The translations under genes and the position numbers were made by a program. Source: Octopus vulgaris (Eukaryota). From it: DNA of 64,000 nt. Below the pieces are notes generated by a model. That model did not search any database, had not been told where the DNA came from, and saw only the letters and a list, made by a program, of their open reading frames with translations. Shown here piece by piece: positions 35,143 through 49,230 of this stretch (position 1 is the stretch's first letter; each line of letters starts with the position of its first letter). Location of the stretch: the NCBI GenBank assembly GCA_951406725.2, contig OX597814.1, positions 96,038,001 to 96,102,000 on the forward strand. Direction: 5' to 3'.

Positions 35143-36646
35143 ATTGAAAGAAGGAATAATATGCCCTATCCATAAGGGAGGAAGCAGAGCAGATTCTAAA
35201 AATTATAGGCCTATCTCTCTGACCTCACACATTAGCAAAATCATGGATCGAATAGTCCGCAAAAAACTAATCATGCTCCTTGAAGAAAATGAATTCCTGA
35301 CTGACACTCAGCATGGATTTCGACCATGTAGAAGCTGTCTAACACAGCTCCTGCAACACTATGACTGGATGTTAAAACTAAATGGCTCAAGTGTGGATGT
35401 GATATATCTCGACTTTGCAAAAGCTTTTGATAAAGTCGACCATGATATGATCTGTCACAAACTGCGTGATCTCGGCATAGGCGGAAAACGTGGAGAGTGG
35501 CTGCACAACTTGAAAGATAGAAGGCAGGCAGTAGTGGCCAATGGAACCACCTCCAAGGAAACACAAGTAACAAGTGGTGTTCCACAGGGCACTGTCTTGG
35601 GGCCACTGTTGTTCATAGTGGCCCTTTCAGACATGCCCTCAGTTGCTATGATGGCCACCCTTGCTAGCTATGCAGATGATGCAAAAGTCTCAGACAATAC
35701 AAAACCCTGGAAATATTGTACATCTGCAACGGGAGTTGGATACAATATACAGGTAGGCTGAGGACAACAACATGCAGTTTAATGCAGGGAACTTCGAACC
35801 CCTGCGTTACCGGCAAACAAAGCTGAACGACATGCAGACTGGATATACTGGCCCGGGAAGAATTGCAATTCCTGAGTCAAAATCAATGCGTGACCTGGGC
35901 AATGACATGAGCAATGATGCATCTTTCCAAGTGCATATTGCCAATTTGGTAATAAAATGCATACCGCTAACTGAATGTATCCTCCGAACTTTCAGAACAA
36001 GAGAGAAGGAGACACTGATGGTCCTTTGGAAGACATTCGTCCTCAGCCGCTTGGACTGCTACTCCTAACTATGGTCACCACACAATATAAAGTTAACAGA
36101 AGAACTCGAAGCAATCCAACGAAGCTACACTAAGAAGATCGTCTCAATGCAACATATCAGCTACTGGGAAAGACTGAAAGTATTAAACTCTTCTCCCTGG
36201 AGCGATTTGCACTGATATACATCTGGAAAATCCTGGAGGGCCTTGTCCTGAATTTTGGCATTGAAAGTTACCCCAACAGTAGAACGGGGCGCCACTGCAT
36301 GGTGCCAAAGATCCCAACATCACCATCAAAATACAAGACCAGATACTGCAACAGCTTGGGTTTCAGAGGACCACAGCTCTTCAATATCCTTCCTAAATGC
36401 CTGAGAGACCTGCATGGTGTGGATGTGGGTTTTTTAAAACTAATCTGGATGTCTTCTTGTCAGGGGTTCCAGATGAACCTACCTCTCGGCAGGAAACACA
36501 GATGCGGGTAGCGGCGTCGAACTCCCTTGTTGACCAAGTGCACCTTTCAGAGATGGTTTCACATACTAGTGTAGCACATTCAGCGGTGGTGCCCCAGCAT
36601 GGCCGCAGCTTTCGGGCTGAAACATTTTTAAGGATTTAAGGATTTA
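35143..36646 (+). mobile_element. CR1-group LINE, 5'-truncated RT and 3' tail
   Basis: PIHKGG...NYRPISLTS...QHGFR...VIYLDFAKAFDKV...SGVPQGTVLGPLLF...YADD; frameshifted; ends in (TAAGGATT)-type repeats. Confidence 0.92.
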
Positions 36647-37101
36647 TACATATACAGATGTTTATACATATCAATATCTACACATACAACTCTTACCCGT
36701 ATGTATATGCGCCTATGCGCACCCACATATACGTGCATCTGCATGTATTATCGCCCCTGTATACACAGGTATATGTACCTTGCATACATACGTACATTCA
36801 CATATACACACATACACACACATATGCATACACTCACTCACACATATCTGCATGCACTTAGTCGTACATATACACGCACAGATGGATGAATGCACATACA
36901 GCCGAATATAATTAGATGGTTGTGATATTCATGTATGAGTGAGGAATTAGATAGGCATTTTAAGTTAGAATGTAGATTTATACCCACACAAGCCCGCATT
37001 CATACATACATGCACACACAGAGAATACATACATACACATAACCTAAGAGTATAATAAGAATTACTTAGAAAAAGGAAAGGTGGTAATCAGTAAAACTAT
37101 T

Positions 37102-38160
37102 TAACGTTAATGAAAAAAAATTTGGATATATGCTTACAAGAGAAAACTCTTTCATCTCTCGAATTTAAGACAGAACCGTTCATCTTTCATAATTTTATAA
37201 GACTCTTCAAGGCATAAAAGACACGTTCTATTTCTAATCCTATAAGAGGGGGCAGAAGAAACAATATTCCAAGAAATTGAGAAATTTATGTTGTCTATTT
37301 TAAGTTGTCATACCTTTTTGGATACAACTACATAACCAACTCATTAGAGTTGTTTATGTAGTTATGTGGGTTATATAGTTGTGTGAAGAAATAAGAGATT
37401 TTTTGTGAAAAGACTTTGTTTCGTGTTATTATTGCTAATGTTTTTCTCGTAATGACTGCGAGTGACATTACAATTGTTTATCTTATTAGAAATATAGGTA
37501 TTGGTAGAAATCTGGTTAATAAAAGTCTTGTTATTTGGTCCTTAGTTGTTAAATTTTTTTCCCTTTTTTATGGTGGAGTTATCTTTACAAATAACTTCAT
37601 AGAGTTAAGTTGTGTGCCAGGGCGTTCCAATTCATGATGGTGTTTAGAAATTGTGGTGTGTTTATTGGAGAAATATTTGTTAAATTTGTTGTATTTAATT
37701 TGATATTTATAACCAGCATTTCTAAGAGCAAGACTGTAATAATCTTTATGCTTATTAAAAATTTCTTCATTCGAAGATAATGTTTTAATTCTATTTTATT
37801 TTATTAAACCTTGTTTGATATCCTTAAAAAAATTCCTCACACTGATGAAAATGCAATGCATAAATTTAATTATAATTACAATGGTTATAATATTTTCTTA
37901 CATATTTGCATTGTTCTTTGAAACGCGCGTATGCATTGAATTTTATTTTGTATTAAATCTAATTTTGATTCAACATCTTTATAACGTTAATGAAAAAAAA
38001 ATTGGATATATGCTTACAAGAGAAAACTCTTTCATCTTTCGAATTTAAGACAGAACCGTTCATCTTTCATAATTTTATAAGACTCTTCAAGGCATAAAAG
38101 ACACGTTCTATTTCTAATCCTATAAGAGGGGGCAGAAGAAACAATATTCCAAATTCCTAT
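37102..38160 (-). mobile_element. Penelope-like remnant with ~171-bp direct repeats
   Basis: 37102-37272 is nearly identical to 37982-38152; minus strand WNIVSSAPSY...CLLCLEESYKI (GIY-YIG end) and LSSNEEIFNKHKDYYSLALRNAGY (RT thumb). Confidence 0.75.
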
Positions 38161-38181
38161 ATGCACATATATATATATAAT

Positions 38182-38412
38182 TGGATCTAGTTTCAGCTCA
38201 TGACCTGTGGCCATGCTGGGGCTCTGCTATATGGTGTTGCTACATAATTTTATTTCGCGAATGTTTTTTAAGAATTGATATTTGGTGCATGAGGGAGTTT
38301 GATGTCGCTGCCCTCATCAGCACTTCCTGCCGCAAAATTGGCTCATCTGGGACTCTTGACAGTAAGAGATCCAGCTTTATTTTGAGGTCATCTACGTTCA
38401 CCTATGTCCACG
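38182..38412 (-). mobile_element. CR1-group LINE 3' fragment
   Basis: Minus strand LSRVPDEPILRQEVLMRAATSNSL, homologous to ~36455-36535, plus GCCCCAGCATGGCCACAG...CTGAAAC tail. Confidence 0.8.
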
Positions 38413-39162
38413 AAATATATATATATATTTCGTTTTTCGATTTGCTTTGCAAGATTCTTTATGTGAGTTCGTGTGTTGAAGCATATTCTGTTGTGTCTGA
38501 GGAGAGTCATTCTCTTTTGGTACCTTATAATTTAACACACTCACCAGTGATATATATGAATATGAGTATACTTATATATGTATATATATGAATATGACTA
38601 TACGTTTACATGTATATATATGTATGTATATATATATATATGAATATGACCATACATATATATGTATATGTATATACATGAATATGACTATACATATATA
38701 TTTATTTCTTGAAATCATTAATTGAAAGCTATTATTAGACGAAAAGTGAAACCTAAATTTACATATTGTGTTTTCCGTATGTTTTGCTTTTGACTTAGGA
38801 TATTATTGATTATTGTAGAGAGGTTCAACTTTCATTACTCCTAATTTAACAGCGTTTCCGTAGTTGTAGGCAAGCATATACTTTTTCCTTTTTTTATATT
38901 TCCCTATCCAATTCGATTTCCTTTCAGGAATTTGCATAACTTCTCTTCTCGCTCTTTCTCTTATTCTCAGTTCTCTACACGGCACTGTCCTTTCCTCGTT
39001 TCTTTATTTCTCTCTCTATTGGTTCATTTTAAATATTTAGACACTCTCTCTTCCTTTTCTCTTTCTCTCTTTCTCCATCTCTTTACTTCGCTCCATCACA
39101 CCATCTTTCTTCATCACACCGTCTTTTCTTCGTTTCTCTCTTTCTCTCAGCATTCCTTCTTT

Positions 39163-39411
39163 TTAAAGATGTAGACACTCTTTCTCTCTTTCGCTATCTC
39201 TTTACTTCACTCTATCACACAATCTTTCTCCTCTCAAACCCTTAGTCTCTCTTAAAGATATAGACACAATTTCTCTCTTTCTCTATCTCTTTACTTCACT
39301 CTATCACACCATCTTTCTTCTCTCAAACCCTTAGTCTCTCTTAAAGATATAGACACAATTTCTCTCTTTCTCTATCTCTTTACTTCACTCTATCACACCA
39401 TCTTTCTTCTC
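39163..39411. repeat. Pyrimidine-rich minisatellite, 89-bp period, ~2.8 copies
   Basis: TTAAAGAT.TAGACAC starts at 39163, 39252 and 39341. Confidence 0.85.
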
Positions 39412-39970
39412 CCAAAGAGTTAAAGTTATCGACATTAACAAACAAGGGAAAAGAAGCGGGAGAACTAACACAAAGAACACAGTTTGCAAAAAAAGTGTCG
39501 GATTGAAAGGTGTACGCAAATTGAAATGTGTATTTACTCTTATCCATCGCCTTGGCTTATAAGTTACCAACGATGTGGTTTTCAGAGTATTCCATGTTGC
39601 ATTAAATTTTTACTCCCGTGAAATTGTACCCCTATATTTCACAAATAAAATAATTTTTTTTACTGTAAAATTTTTGCTTTCTAGATATGAAATTGTGGCC
39701 ATGTAAATTTTAAAATGTAATTTTCTCTGTCTATGGGGAAAATGGAAAAATAAGAGTGAATATTTATTTCATGAGTGCTGTGTATAAAGTCTATAAAATT
39801 GTGCATAAAGTATATAAAATGTATTAAGTAATCATCGTATTCCAATTTCTTTCACTTTTCAATGAATAGTAAATGAGTAACTATCTTTTGATACAGACAA
39901 AACACAGGCTGTGCTTTCAGGTTTTGTGGATAAAGTTTTCAGGAGTTACCCAGTAAGTTTACTATTAATT

Positions 39971-39998
39971 CCGTGAAATATTTACGGGTCCCGCTAGT
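39971..39998 (+). mobile_element. Helitron-like 3' terminus
   Basis: Hairpin CCGTGAA-ATA-TTTACGG, then 6 nt, then CTAG followed by T. Confidence 0.5.
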
Positions 39999-40263
39999 AT
40001 ATATATATAGTGTATAAAAGGAGTATTAATCCAGGCTATGTCCCACGAAGCACATCTGCATATTCCAATAATCAAAATTGTATATGTAGATGTATTATTT
40101 TAAATGTGGTATACACACTAGTTGACAATTCTGGTTAATCTCATTTGTAGGGCGTGTATATATCAAAACAAAGACTGGAAAGTTTGGTATATTTTTAATT
40201 CCGTGTTACACGTGTTTCATTACAGCATGGGAAAAACGTTATGAATTTAATATTAATAATATT

Positions 40264-40407
40264 GGTTTCAGATTTTAGCACAAAACCAACATAGTCGGGA
40301 AAGGGGTTAAGTCGATTATATCAACCACAGTACTCAACCGGTATTTATTTTATCGACCTCGAAAGGATGAAAGACAAAGTCAGCTTTGGTGGAATTAGAA
40401 CTCAGAA
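40264..40407 (-). mobile_element. SINE family B fragment
   Basis: TTATTTTATCGACCTCGAAAGGATGAAAGACAAAGTC on the plus strand. Confidence 0.75.
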
Positions 40408-42257
40408 CAACAAAGGTGTAGCCGAGAGCTGGCCAGGATGGCATGTTGCCTCGTGCAGGTCTTGGGGTCCAGCCAGTGTGCCGTCATCTCCAGGTAGGAC
40501 CTGATCCAGAGAGTAATGTTTTTATTTTTTTCCTATTAGAAATTTTGAATTTCTAAATATGTCGACTTTGTCATAATTTTATCTAATATTAAATTGACGG
40601 CTTTTGTTGTATGAAAAATTAATTTGTTGGTGATATAAAGAGAGTCTAAAAAAGAAAATCCATGAAGTCATGCTTTTAGTATCCAAGAATAGTAATTTCT
40701 AACTTTCAGTTTTGAGATTTTTCTGAAGTAAAACGTATAACACGAATGATAATTGTCAAAACTGGAAACATTTTGAATTGAATCACGCAGTTTCGAATAT
40801 ATGTGGTCCAAGGTTGACATTTAAAGAGGTAAAATAGACTCGACCGAATCACCTCTCAGTATTTTATTGATATTTTGTAATAATGGAAAGTAAAAATAGG
40901 TTCCGGTAACGGAGTGTATCAAAATACTAAAAAGCATTTTGTTAAGCGGACTACCGACTCTGCCATCCATTTCGATTTAACCCACCCATTACTCGGTTAC
41001 CATATGATATCACTCTTGGATGTGCGTAAAAATAGTAAACAAAAGGCAGTGCTCCATCATAGCCACAACCAAATGGCTGCAACAAGTAAAAGAATAAAAT
41101 GAGCTCAAATATAAAGAATGCTGTTCAAATAGAATGCTATCTATTTCAAATAAATAGCATTCATAAATAAAGAAAAAAATAGAAAATGCCAAACAGTTGC
41201 ATCGAAGATGAATCACAAAACAAGTAATAAACCACTAAATAGAGTTAAATAGATCAGTAATTACTCCAAAAATTGCAACGAAGAATCTCATGCCACAATA
41301 AATATTCCAAGCAACACCCTTACTCCAAAAGTAAGAATACTTATTAAATACTTTTCCAATGCTATCCTAAAGACGAATATGTAAAGATGGCAGAAATACA
41401 AAACTCAAGATTTGCGCTTTGTTCATAATTGCGAGGCCTGTCTCAGATCAAACACTTTCACACACTCCTAGAGGCTTGAAGGAATTACTTTTCACATAAA
41501 CGTCTTCAACTACTCAGACAAATATTGTAATATCCTTAGATACTGAAAACCAGAAGAAATAATTCCAATTCTAAAACGTCACAAAATAAATAACTGAATT
41601 AACATCACCTAAAGCACAAGAACGACTCTGAAGCCAACGAATAAACCTTTATGTGTTATATAAAACTGCTTTCCGCGGTTATGGGTAATACAATTTTAAA
41701 TGTTTATATCTGCTTTCCACAATAAAAAGGTTAATATTCTACTTATACTTTGGTAGCGGGTAAAAGAATACAAGGATTTCCTGGTTTCAGTGGCAGCTTG
41801 AATTTTGTCGGTGGCGGTGGAGTTATTGTTGAAGCCATCAAGTATTTTCGGTGTAAAGCTTTGTCAGAAGTGTGATGATCGAGTGTAATGACCTGAAACT
41901 GTACAATAAGCCTCAATATACTTTAGATATCCCATCAGAAAATATTTTCAAACATGATATTCCCCAACAAAAATGTTATCTATTAAGATATGTAAAGTTT
42001 ACTGAGGTAATGTGACTTGCAGAAAATACCAGTTCTAGTTTTTGTTAGATGTTTAACATCATTACTGAAATAGCCAAATTTAATTTAATTTCGCAGTTAA
42101 AGGGTTAAACATCCCCTAAAGAAATAGAGCAAAAGCAGTTACTTTTTAGAGAGCTGCTTAATATTTTATGTATATTAGATGACTTAACATCTTTAAGGCT
42201 TGCACGCCTATACAACAACAATGGATCAAAAATGTGCAAAAATGTGCACTCACACAA

Positions 42258-42391
<134 letters not shown>

Positions 42392-44444
42392 ACATAAATT
42401 AAATTTCTTAGCTCACTATAAGTATTTTAGCACCGACTATGCTACAATGGCACTACATATTAATTTACTCTGAAGCACACAGAATTTCATACTTCTCATT
42501 CAGTCGAAACAATCACAAACAATGTATAGACATCAAAATATCCACAGACTCAGTACGGGTTCACTGACCTTCAAAACTGCATATGGATGCGCACCAGTTA
42601 CAACACATAGCGAAAAAGAGACAATTGCATCCTTTTCACTGAATCCAGTCCTATCAAAACCTCTCAACAAAATCGGATTTAAAAAATGGAAAAAAGCACA
42701 ACCCGTATTCAATAATACGAGTATTAGAAAACTCGTATACCATAAAACATTTCATGTTCGAACACTCGGAGTGGTTCTCAACCAGAAGGAAGTACGGAAT
42801 ATAAAATTTATTTAATGACAGTTTTGCTCTTGTGCGATGAAGAAATTTGGCACATGAAGAAATAAATGAAAAGTGCATTTAACAGTTTTTATGTTTTTAA
42901 ATGACTAGAATGACTCTTCCACAGTATAATTGCATCAGTGTCAAAATAGGGTTAGAGATCAAATTACTTGCTGGACAAATACAACTCTAAAAATAAACTA
43001 ATCCTGAACTAAACTGTGTAAATTTCGAATTTGCCTTCCTATTTATTGGCTGATCACTTACTCCTTATAACTAGTTTTCTAACATGAACTAAAATACTCT
43101 TTATATACGTATAATATCGTGTATAGCATACATCAATTTTGAGTTGTATTACAAAGAAAAAGTGTATCTTAACGATATTTGCAAGTGATAAGTATTTGAT
43201 ATTGATAAATAGTTTGGCAATCTAACATGCATGTATTCGCAGATGAGATTTTCTTCAGGTCCTTTTTGGAGGAGGGGATTATAGCCTATGACTTTCACAG
43301 GCCTTTCAAAACTGATGACACCGATGTCTTTTAGCTTGTAGAGATGGGTGATTTCTCCAATCGTCATAAACCGTGTTCTTTGCCTGAAAAACTGTAGCGC
43401 GGTTAAGAGGAACCACTTGGGCAGGCTTGTAGCAGATTGTTTTGGTTGTGTGTAGAATGTGGAAGGGCATGTCTAAGAAGATAACTGTTTGGGGGAGGGA
43501 GGGTGTCAATGATGTCAACATGCATTGCTGTTTATCGTTTACATAGAACTAGCTGAGCTCTAGTAAGTGAGATGATTTGAAGTGCCACAGTGTTTAGGAA
43601 AATGGGGTTTGTTGCGTGGTACATTTTTGTGTGGTCGGACAACCACCGTTTTATTGTAACTATTCATCGTGCATCTAACACGCAAGGAACCCCACTGTGG
43701 AGACGGTAACTGTTTGGTCAAGGTTGAGCTTGGCCGTAGATAACGGATCGTAGATGTTTGAAGTTTCTGTGCTGTAAGTTAAGGTTGTATCTACGGAATG
43801 AAACTAAAACTGATGTTGAGAATTTTTGAATAGAAAATGTTTCGATTTCTGCATTAGCAATATCAGTACAGGATGTACGTGAAAACCGTGAAAAACTGAG
43901 CATCGAAATCTCCGAAAACGATGATTTTAGTGAGAATTGAAGTAAAATAGATGTTGTCGATGCAAGAAGAGATATGATCAAAGAGTTATTGGTGGTTGGA
44001 GAAGTTTGGTGAGCGATAGAAGAATCAGATCAATTTAGAAATGTAGGGGAAGAGACGTTGATACATCATTGAGAGAAGTGAGTGAAATTTACATGTGCTT
44101 AAATTCCTTCTTTTTGGAGTATAGCCTGGGCAGCAAAGACGGAGTTTAGTTAAGCAGAAACTTGTTTCGGAAAAGTATAGGTTGTGTGATTCGCGTGGAA
44201 TTAACGGATATTCAAGAATAGGAGCGAAAATTGGGTCAGCTGGAATAGTAATATATTTTAGAATTTAGCGAATCGGTGAGAGTGTTGGTGCACCGCGAGG
44301 TCACAATAACTCTCAGCCTGGAGTTTTGTTCGTATACTTGCAACATCAAATCTTAGTAATGACACCCACGGTCCAAAATATGATCTTGGGATGAATTCAG
44401 AAGTTTGTGTATTCATTACCTGGTTAGAGCCAATCAGGGCCACA

Positions 44445-44521
<77 letters not shown>

Positions 44522-45244
44522 CAAAATCCAACAACAGATCCAACAAAAGAATTTCATCTTTCACATGGAAAACAGCATTTCTAACTGATTGCAAAAATCT
44601 TCGCGTGATTCTGTAACGTCACGACACTATATGAGGAAGACGCAATTAAATCTAAACCACTGAAGGAAATAGGATCGTGAAGGAACATATTCATTCATGA
44701 ATAACCAAGCACTATGAATACTTATCATTTGCAATAAAAGTAAGTTTTCTAAGAGACTTAAAGCCGAAAACGCTCACCTAAGTTTACCAGAGCACTTGTT
44801 TGCAAGCCATTAAATATAAATGACTTCGGGTGTAATTAATTACGTTTAACTGAGATGAGTTTTTTTTTTATCTAAAGCAATTAAAAAATTATTGGATTGC
44901 ATACACGACATTATATGGAGATAAAGAATATTTTAATTCATGCTAGGAAATTAGTTATACGGAGTAACTAATGTGATAATAAATATACTGGAGGTAATCT
45001 CCAAAATTGACAGAGTTTACTTAAAGTATTTGTCGATTTTTTTTTATATGCGGTTCAATAATTTTCTTTTCTATTTATTTATATTTGATTTAAATAAAAC
45101 ATAAAAAATACCCTTTCATTTTGTGTTTGTTTCAGTTGTATAATCAATAATACGTTATATTATTTAGTAGTATTGTATTAATGTTCTTAAAGATTTAACA
45201 GGCGATAAACAAATATTTGTATGATTGATCAGACACTTTTTCAG

Positions 45245-46195
45245 TACAACGGTCAGCTGAAAAGTTCGTAGGCTGACCAAGATGCTCTCATGGAATTTAA
45301 CCAATTGTGGTTTATTTTTCAATACAGTCCACACACTCCCTCCATCTGTGTTGCAGTTCCTGGCTCTCATTGGTGAAGAAGCATTCATTCTCTTGGTCAA
45401 AAGAATCACCAACAGGAGATATGACGTTATCATTGCTATACTGGTTCCCAGTCAAGTGTCGTTTCTCGTTGGGGAATAGATGATAGTCAGATGAGACCAA
45501 ATCAGGAGAATAGGGAGCATGATTAACCAGTTCAAAGCCACAGTGACGCACAACAGCTATTGAAACCAAGGACTTGTGAACTGGGACCCCTTTCGTCAGT
45601 TTTCCTTGGTGTTTGATCTTGATAACCTTTCGTAACAGTCTCAGCAAATTGGCATAGTACTCTCCATTGATGGTGTCAATAAACACAATGCTTTTTGCAT
45701 CCCCAAAACTGTGGCCATCACCTTCCCTGCAGATGAAGCGACCTTGGCCTTCTTTGGTGAGAGTGAGGAGGGATGTTTCCACTGCACATATTGTCTCCTT
45801 GTCTCTGGCTTAAAGTGACGTAGCCAGTACTCATCCTGAATTAGAAAACGTTCAAGGAAATCAGCCTGATGTGCTTCAAACAATGTAAGATTTTCACATG
45901 ATGTATCAGCTTCGTACACTTTTGATCAGATCTCAGAAGATGTGGCACCCACCGAACAGAAACCTTCGTCATGCCAAGTTCATCGTGCAGAATATTTCCA
46001 GCTCTCTCACGGGATATGCTAATCGCCTGTCATCTATCACCATGTGGGGAACACGATCAATGTTTTCCTCGGTGGTGGAACTTTCAATACCTTGGGTCAG
46101 CTTAAGGGCTTTCCCTTTCCATCCTAAATTCAGCCACCCACTCTATGGGGTTCATGCTTCTCATCGAATAGCTTCTCAATTTCCTCATCGCTGTC
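45245..46195 (-). mobile_element. mariner transposon remnant
   Basis: TINGEYYANLL...HAPYSPDLVSSDYHLF...LQHRWRECV; TIR-like end TACAACGGTCAGCTGAAAAGTTC at 45245; frameshifted. Confidence 0.9.
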
Positions 46196-47900
46196 ATCGA
46201 ACTAGTCTTAGTGTCTACGTCTGTTCTGGCGCAGATGAGTGAGTTCAGTGTTGTACACCACGTCTCTGAACGCCATTGAATCGTTTTCCTCTCCCTTTGA
46301 ACCAACGTCGAGTAGGCTCAACTTGCTGTCCAGGTCCTCACTGACGTTTAGTCGCTTATTGGCTGGCTTCCCTTGTGGTCACCGCCTGGGTTAGATGTAT
46401 ATGACGAGTTTTGCGAGGATGAGTCTGTAATCTAATCAGCATTCTGCATCACTCATGGCTTTGTCACCCTAACATCTCACCTGTCCCGTCTTCTGATTAC
46501 GACATAGTCAATTAGATGCCAATTTTTGCTGCGTGGATGCATCCAGGACGTCTTTTTGTGGCTGGGAAGGCGAAACACTGTGTAGGTGATCAGCAGATCA
46601 TACGCAACACAAGTTTTCAGTTGAAGATAATCGATGATGTCACTCTTGCCAATTCCGTTTCTCTCAATGACTTCCTCCCATGTCTCATAGTCTGGCCCAA
46701 CTTTGGTGTTTAAGTCGTCGAGAACAACGAGCTTGTCTACCTTAGGTACGATTGCTGTGAGGGCTTCAACTTAATCATGATTAGGACGTAAGCACTGATG
46801 ATGGTGGCATTGCACTTTCCTTTGAAGAGAAGCCACGAAGACACCAATCAGTCATTCAGTCCGTTGAAAAGGCTGGTTAGCTTCCTGCTCAAACTAGTTA
46901 TGATGGTCAATTCCTCTCCTGCTTCTCGAAGTTTGTTGCTGCTTTGGCCATTCCAGATGTAGCCGGTTTTGACTGCCGTCAGCTGACCTTTGTCAGCAAG
47001 ACTGGTCTCACTCAGAGCTGCAATGTAGATGTTGTACCTGCTAAGTTCTCTTGCGACAAGCGCTGTCCTTCTCTCAGGGCTGTTTGCTTTGGAGCTATCC
47101 ATGGACGTTTGTACATTCCATGGGCCAATAGTGAGCGATGTTATCGATGTTTTCGTTTCGGAGTTTCGACCGCATGGTTGGGATCCCAGCCTGCCGCGGC
47201 ATGCAGGCCAGGGTAAAGTGAAGCTGGCTATATTTAGGGTACCTTTTCTAGCCCCTTCTTCAAGCCATGGTGGTGAGCAGAGCGATCCTAAAGAGGGCTG
47301 TCAGACACTCAGGTGGATGCCGAGCTGTGCTGTTCCTTCGGTCCAGTGGGGGAAAGATCCTATGCCGTGGGCTGCCAGAGTGTAGGTTTGTGACTACAGT
47401 TTCTACTGCATCTATTCCTGCTATTTTGCTATTTGCCCATCGCTGCAAGAGTTGAAGACAATTCTTGGATGGTGTGATATGTTGACTTGAGCGTGACATG
47501 GATTAAAGTGTAGGAGAGATGCACAACGCCATCGGCTCCACTATTTCGTCCCTTCCTATCATATTCTTGTGGCAGGACGAAGTCAAGACCACTAGAGATA
47601 GGTCGGGATGCAGTGGATGGCCGCAGTATCCTAAGAGTCTCACTTTTCTCTGCTCACGCTCCACAATGCTTTGTGGCCCTCTATCTTGCCCGTCGAACCA
47701 ATCCGGTGGTTTCCTCTACACAGTCCGCCAGGTCCAGTCTTTATTAACCCAGCTCACCGAAGGTTTGAAAGCCGTCGGCTAACCTCACTATGGTTTAGCT
47801 GGCTTGTGGAAGCCATTATTGGTTGGGGTTGCAGCGCGCTGTTGCAATCAGGCAGTTTCGAAGAGCCACAGGTGAGAGCTAGGTGTCTGATTAGGACCAA
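46196..47900 (-). mobile_element. RTE (BovB-like) LINE 5' UTR and AP endonuclease remnant
   Basis: WNVQTSMD...PERRTALVARELSRYNIYIAALSET...ATIISAYV...WMHPRSKNWHLIDYVVIRRRD; GC-rich leader at 47150-47900. Confidence 0.88.
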
Positions 47901-48855
47901 ACCGAGAAAACTACTTCGAAGAGTGCCACATGTTCCCTCGGTAAAGGTATTACTCCACCTATATATTCCCATACACCCCTACATACACTACACATCTATA
48001 TACTTATATAACTTGATAGGATAGTAGGGTAGATCAAACGATAGAAGACAGGCGTCAAACATGAAAATGAAAGGAGATAGCCAAATAATTAGTTGTTAGT
48101 GTGTGAGATATTTAAAGAAAAATTGTTGCTGAGACTTTCGAACCTCATAGATTATTAATGTCTTATAATGTAATGGCAGTCTCTTTGTTGAACTGGAAAT
48201 ATTGAAGATGCTTTTACAACTAGCGATAGTGTTACACGTGGTGGTGTCACAGGTAAAAATGGAAACGAGGAGTTTGAAGATGGTTCCTTTGCATCTGCAG
48301 AATTAAGTTAGAAGTATTACCAACAACGAATGTGATTGCGATAAAAAAAAAAAAAAATTTGCAGATTTACTTCAAGACCGGATATGTTATAAAATACGGA
48401 AAGAAACATTATAAAGATATTCTAAATGTTACAAGATTAAAATACATATTTCAATTTTCGGACTCGTTTGATTAATAAATAGTTTCATTTTAAATATTCA
48501 GTGATTAATTACTGTTTAGTTATACTTTCCTCTTTACGAAGATCGAATTTGCCCATTTGTCACTATATCTTATTCATTTAAATTTATTGCTAAATGTAAA
48601 CTGATTGATAACCTACATTTTTCGTTTTATGTTTTAAATTTCATTCTGTGAGGCTTAGATCACGCAAAGTAATGTATCTAGAATAGTGCGCACAATCAAT
48701 TCGTATACATGTATATATTACGCGTAAAACAGCCATGACTAAGTAGAGAGTCTACTTATCAATGTCTTAGATCATACTTTGGGCCACGCCTACATCCATG
48801 TAAAATGGTATTTCGATTTAACTGACTGGCTTATTAATATTGTCTAAAAGTATAA

Positions 48856-49066
48856 GGAGCGAGCTGGCAGAAACGTTAGCAAGCCGGGCGAAATGTTTAG
48901 CGGTATTTCGTCAGTCTTTACGTTCTGAGTTCAAACTCCGCCGAGGTCGACTTTGCCTTTCATCCTTTTGAGGTCGATATATTAAGTACCAGTTGCGTAC
49001 TGCGGTCGATCTAAGCGACTGGCCCCCTTCCCCAAAATTTCGGGCCTTGTGCTTTGAGTATTAAAG
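48856..49066 (+). mobile_element. SINE family B, full length with perfect 18-bp TSD
   Basis: AATATTGTCTAAAAGTAT at 48836-48853 and 49067-49084. Confidence 0.93.
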
Positions 49067-49182
49067 AATATTGTCTAAAAGTATTGCTGTGATGATCAAG
49101 AACACTGAAAAATAAAAGAAAGGTTTTAACAAGAATCATTTCCTAGCGAAATTAATACAGGAGATTACATGATAATAATGAT

Positions 49183-49227
<45 letters not shown>

Positions 49228-49230
<3 letters not shown>

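Noticed and set aside
39163-39411. CRISPR-like periodicity
   Set aside because: Whole-unit tandem repeats without unique spacers, eukaryotic context, no cas genes
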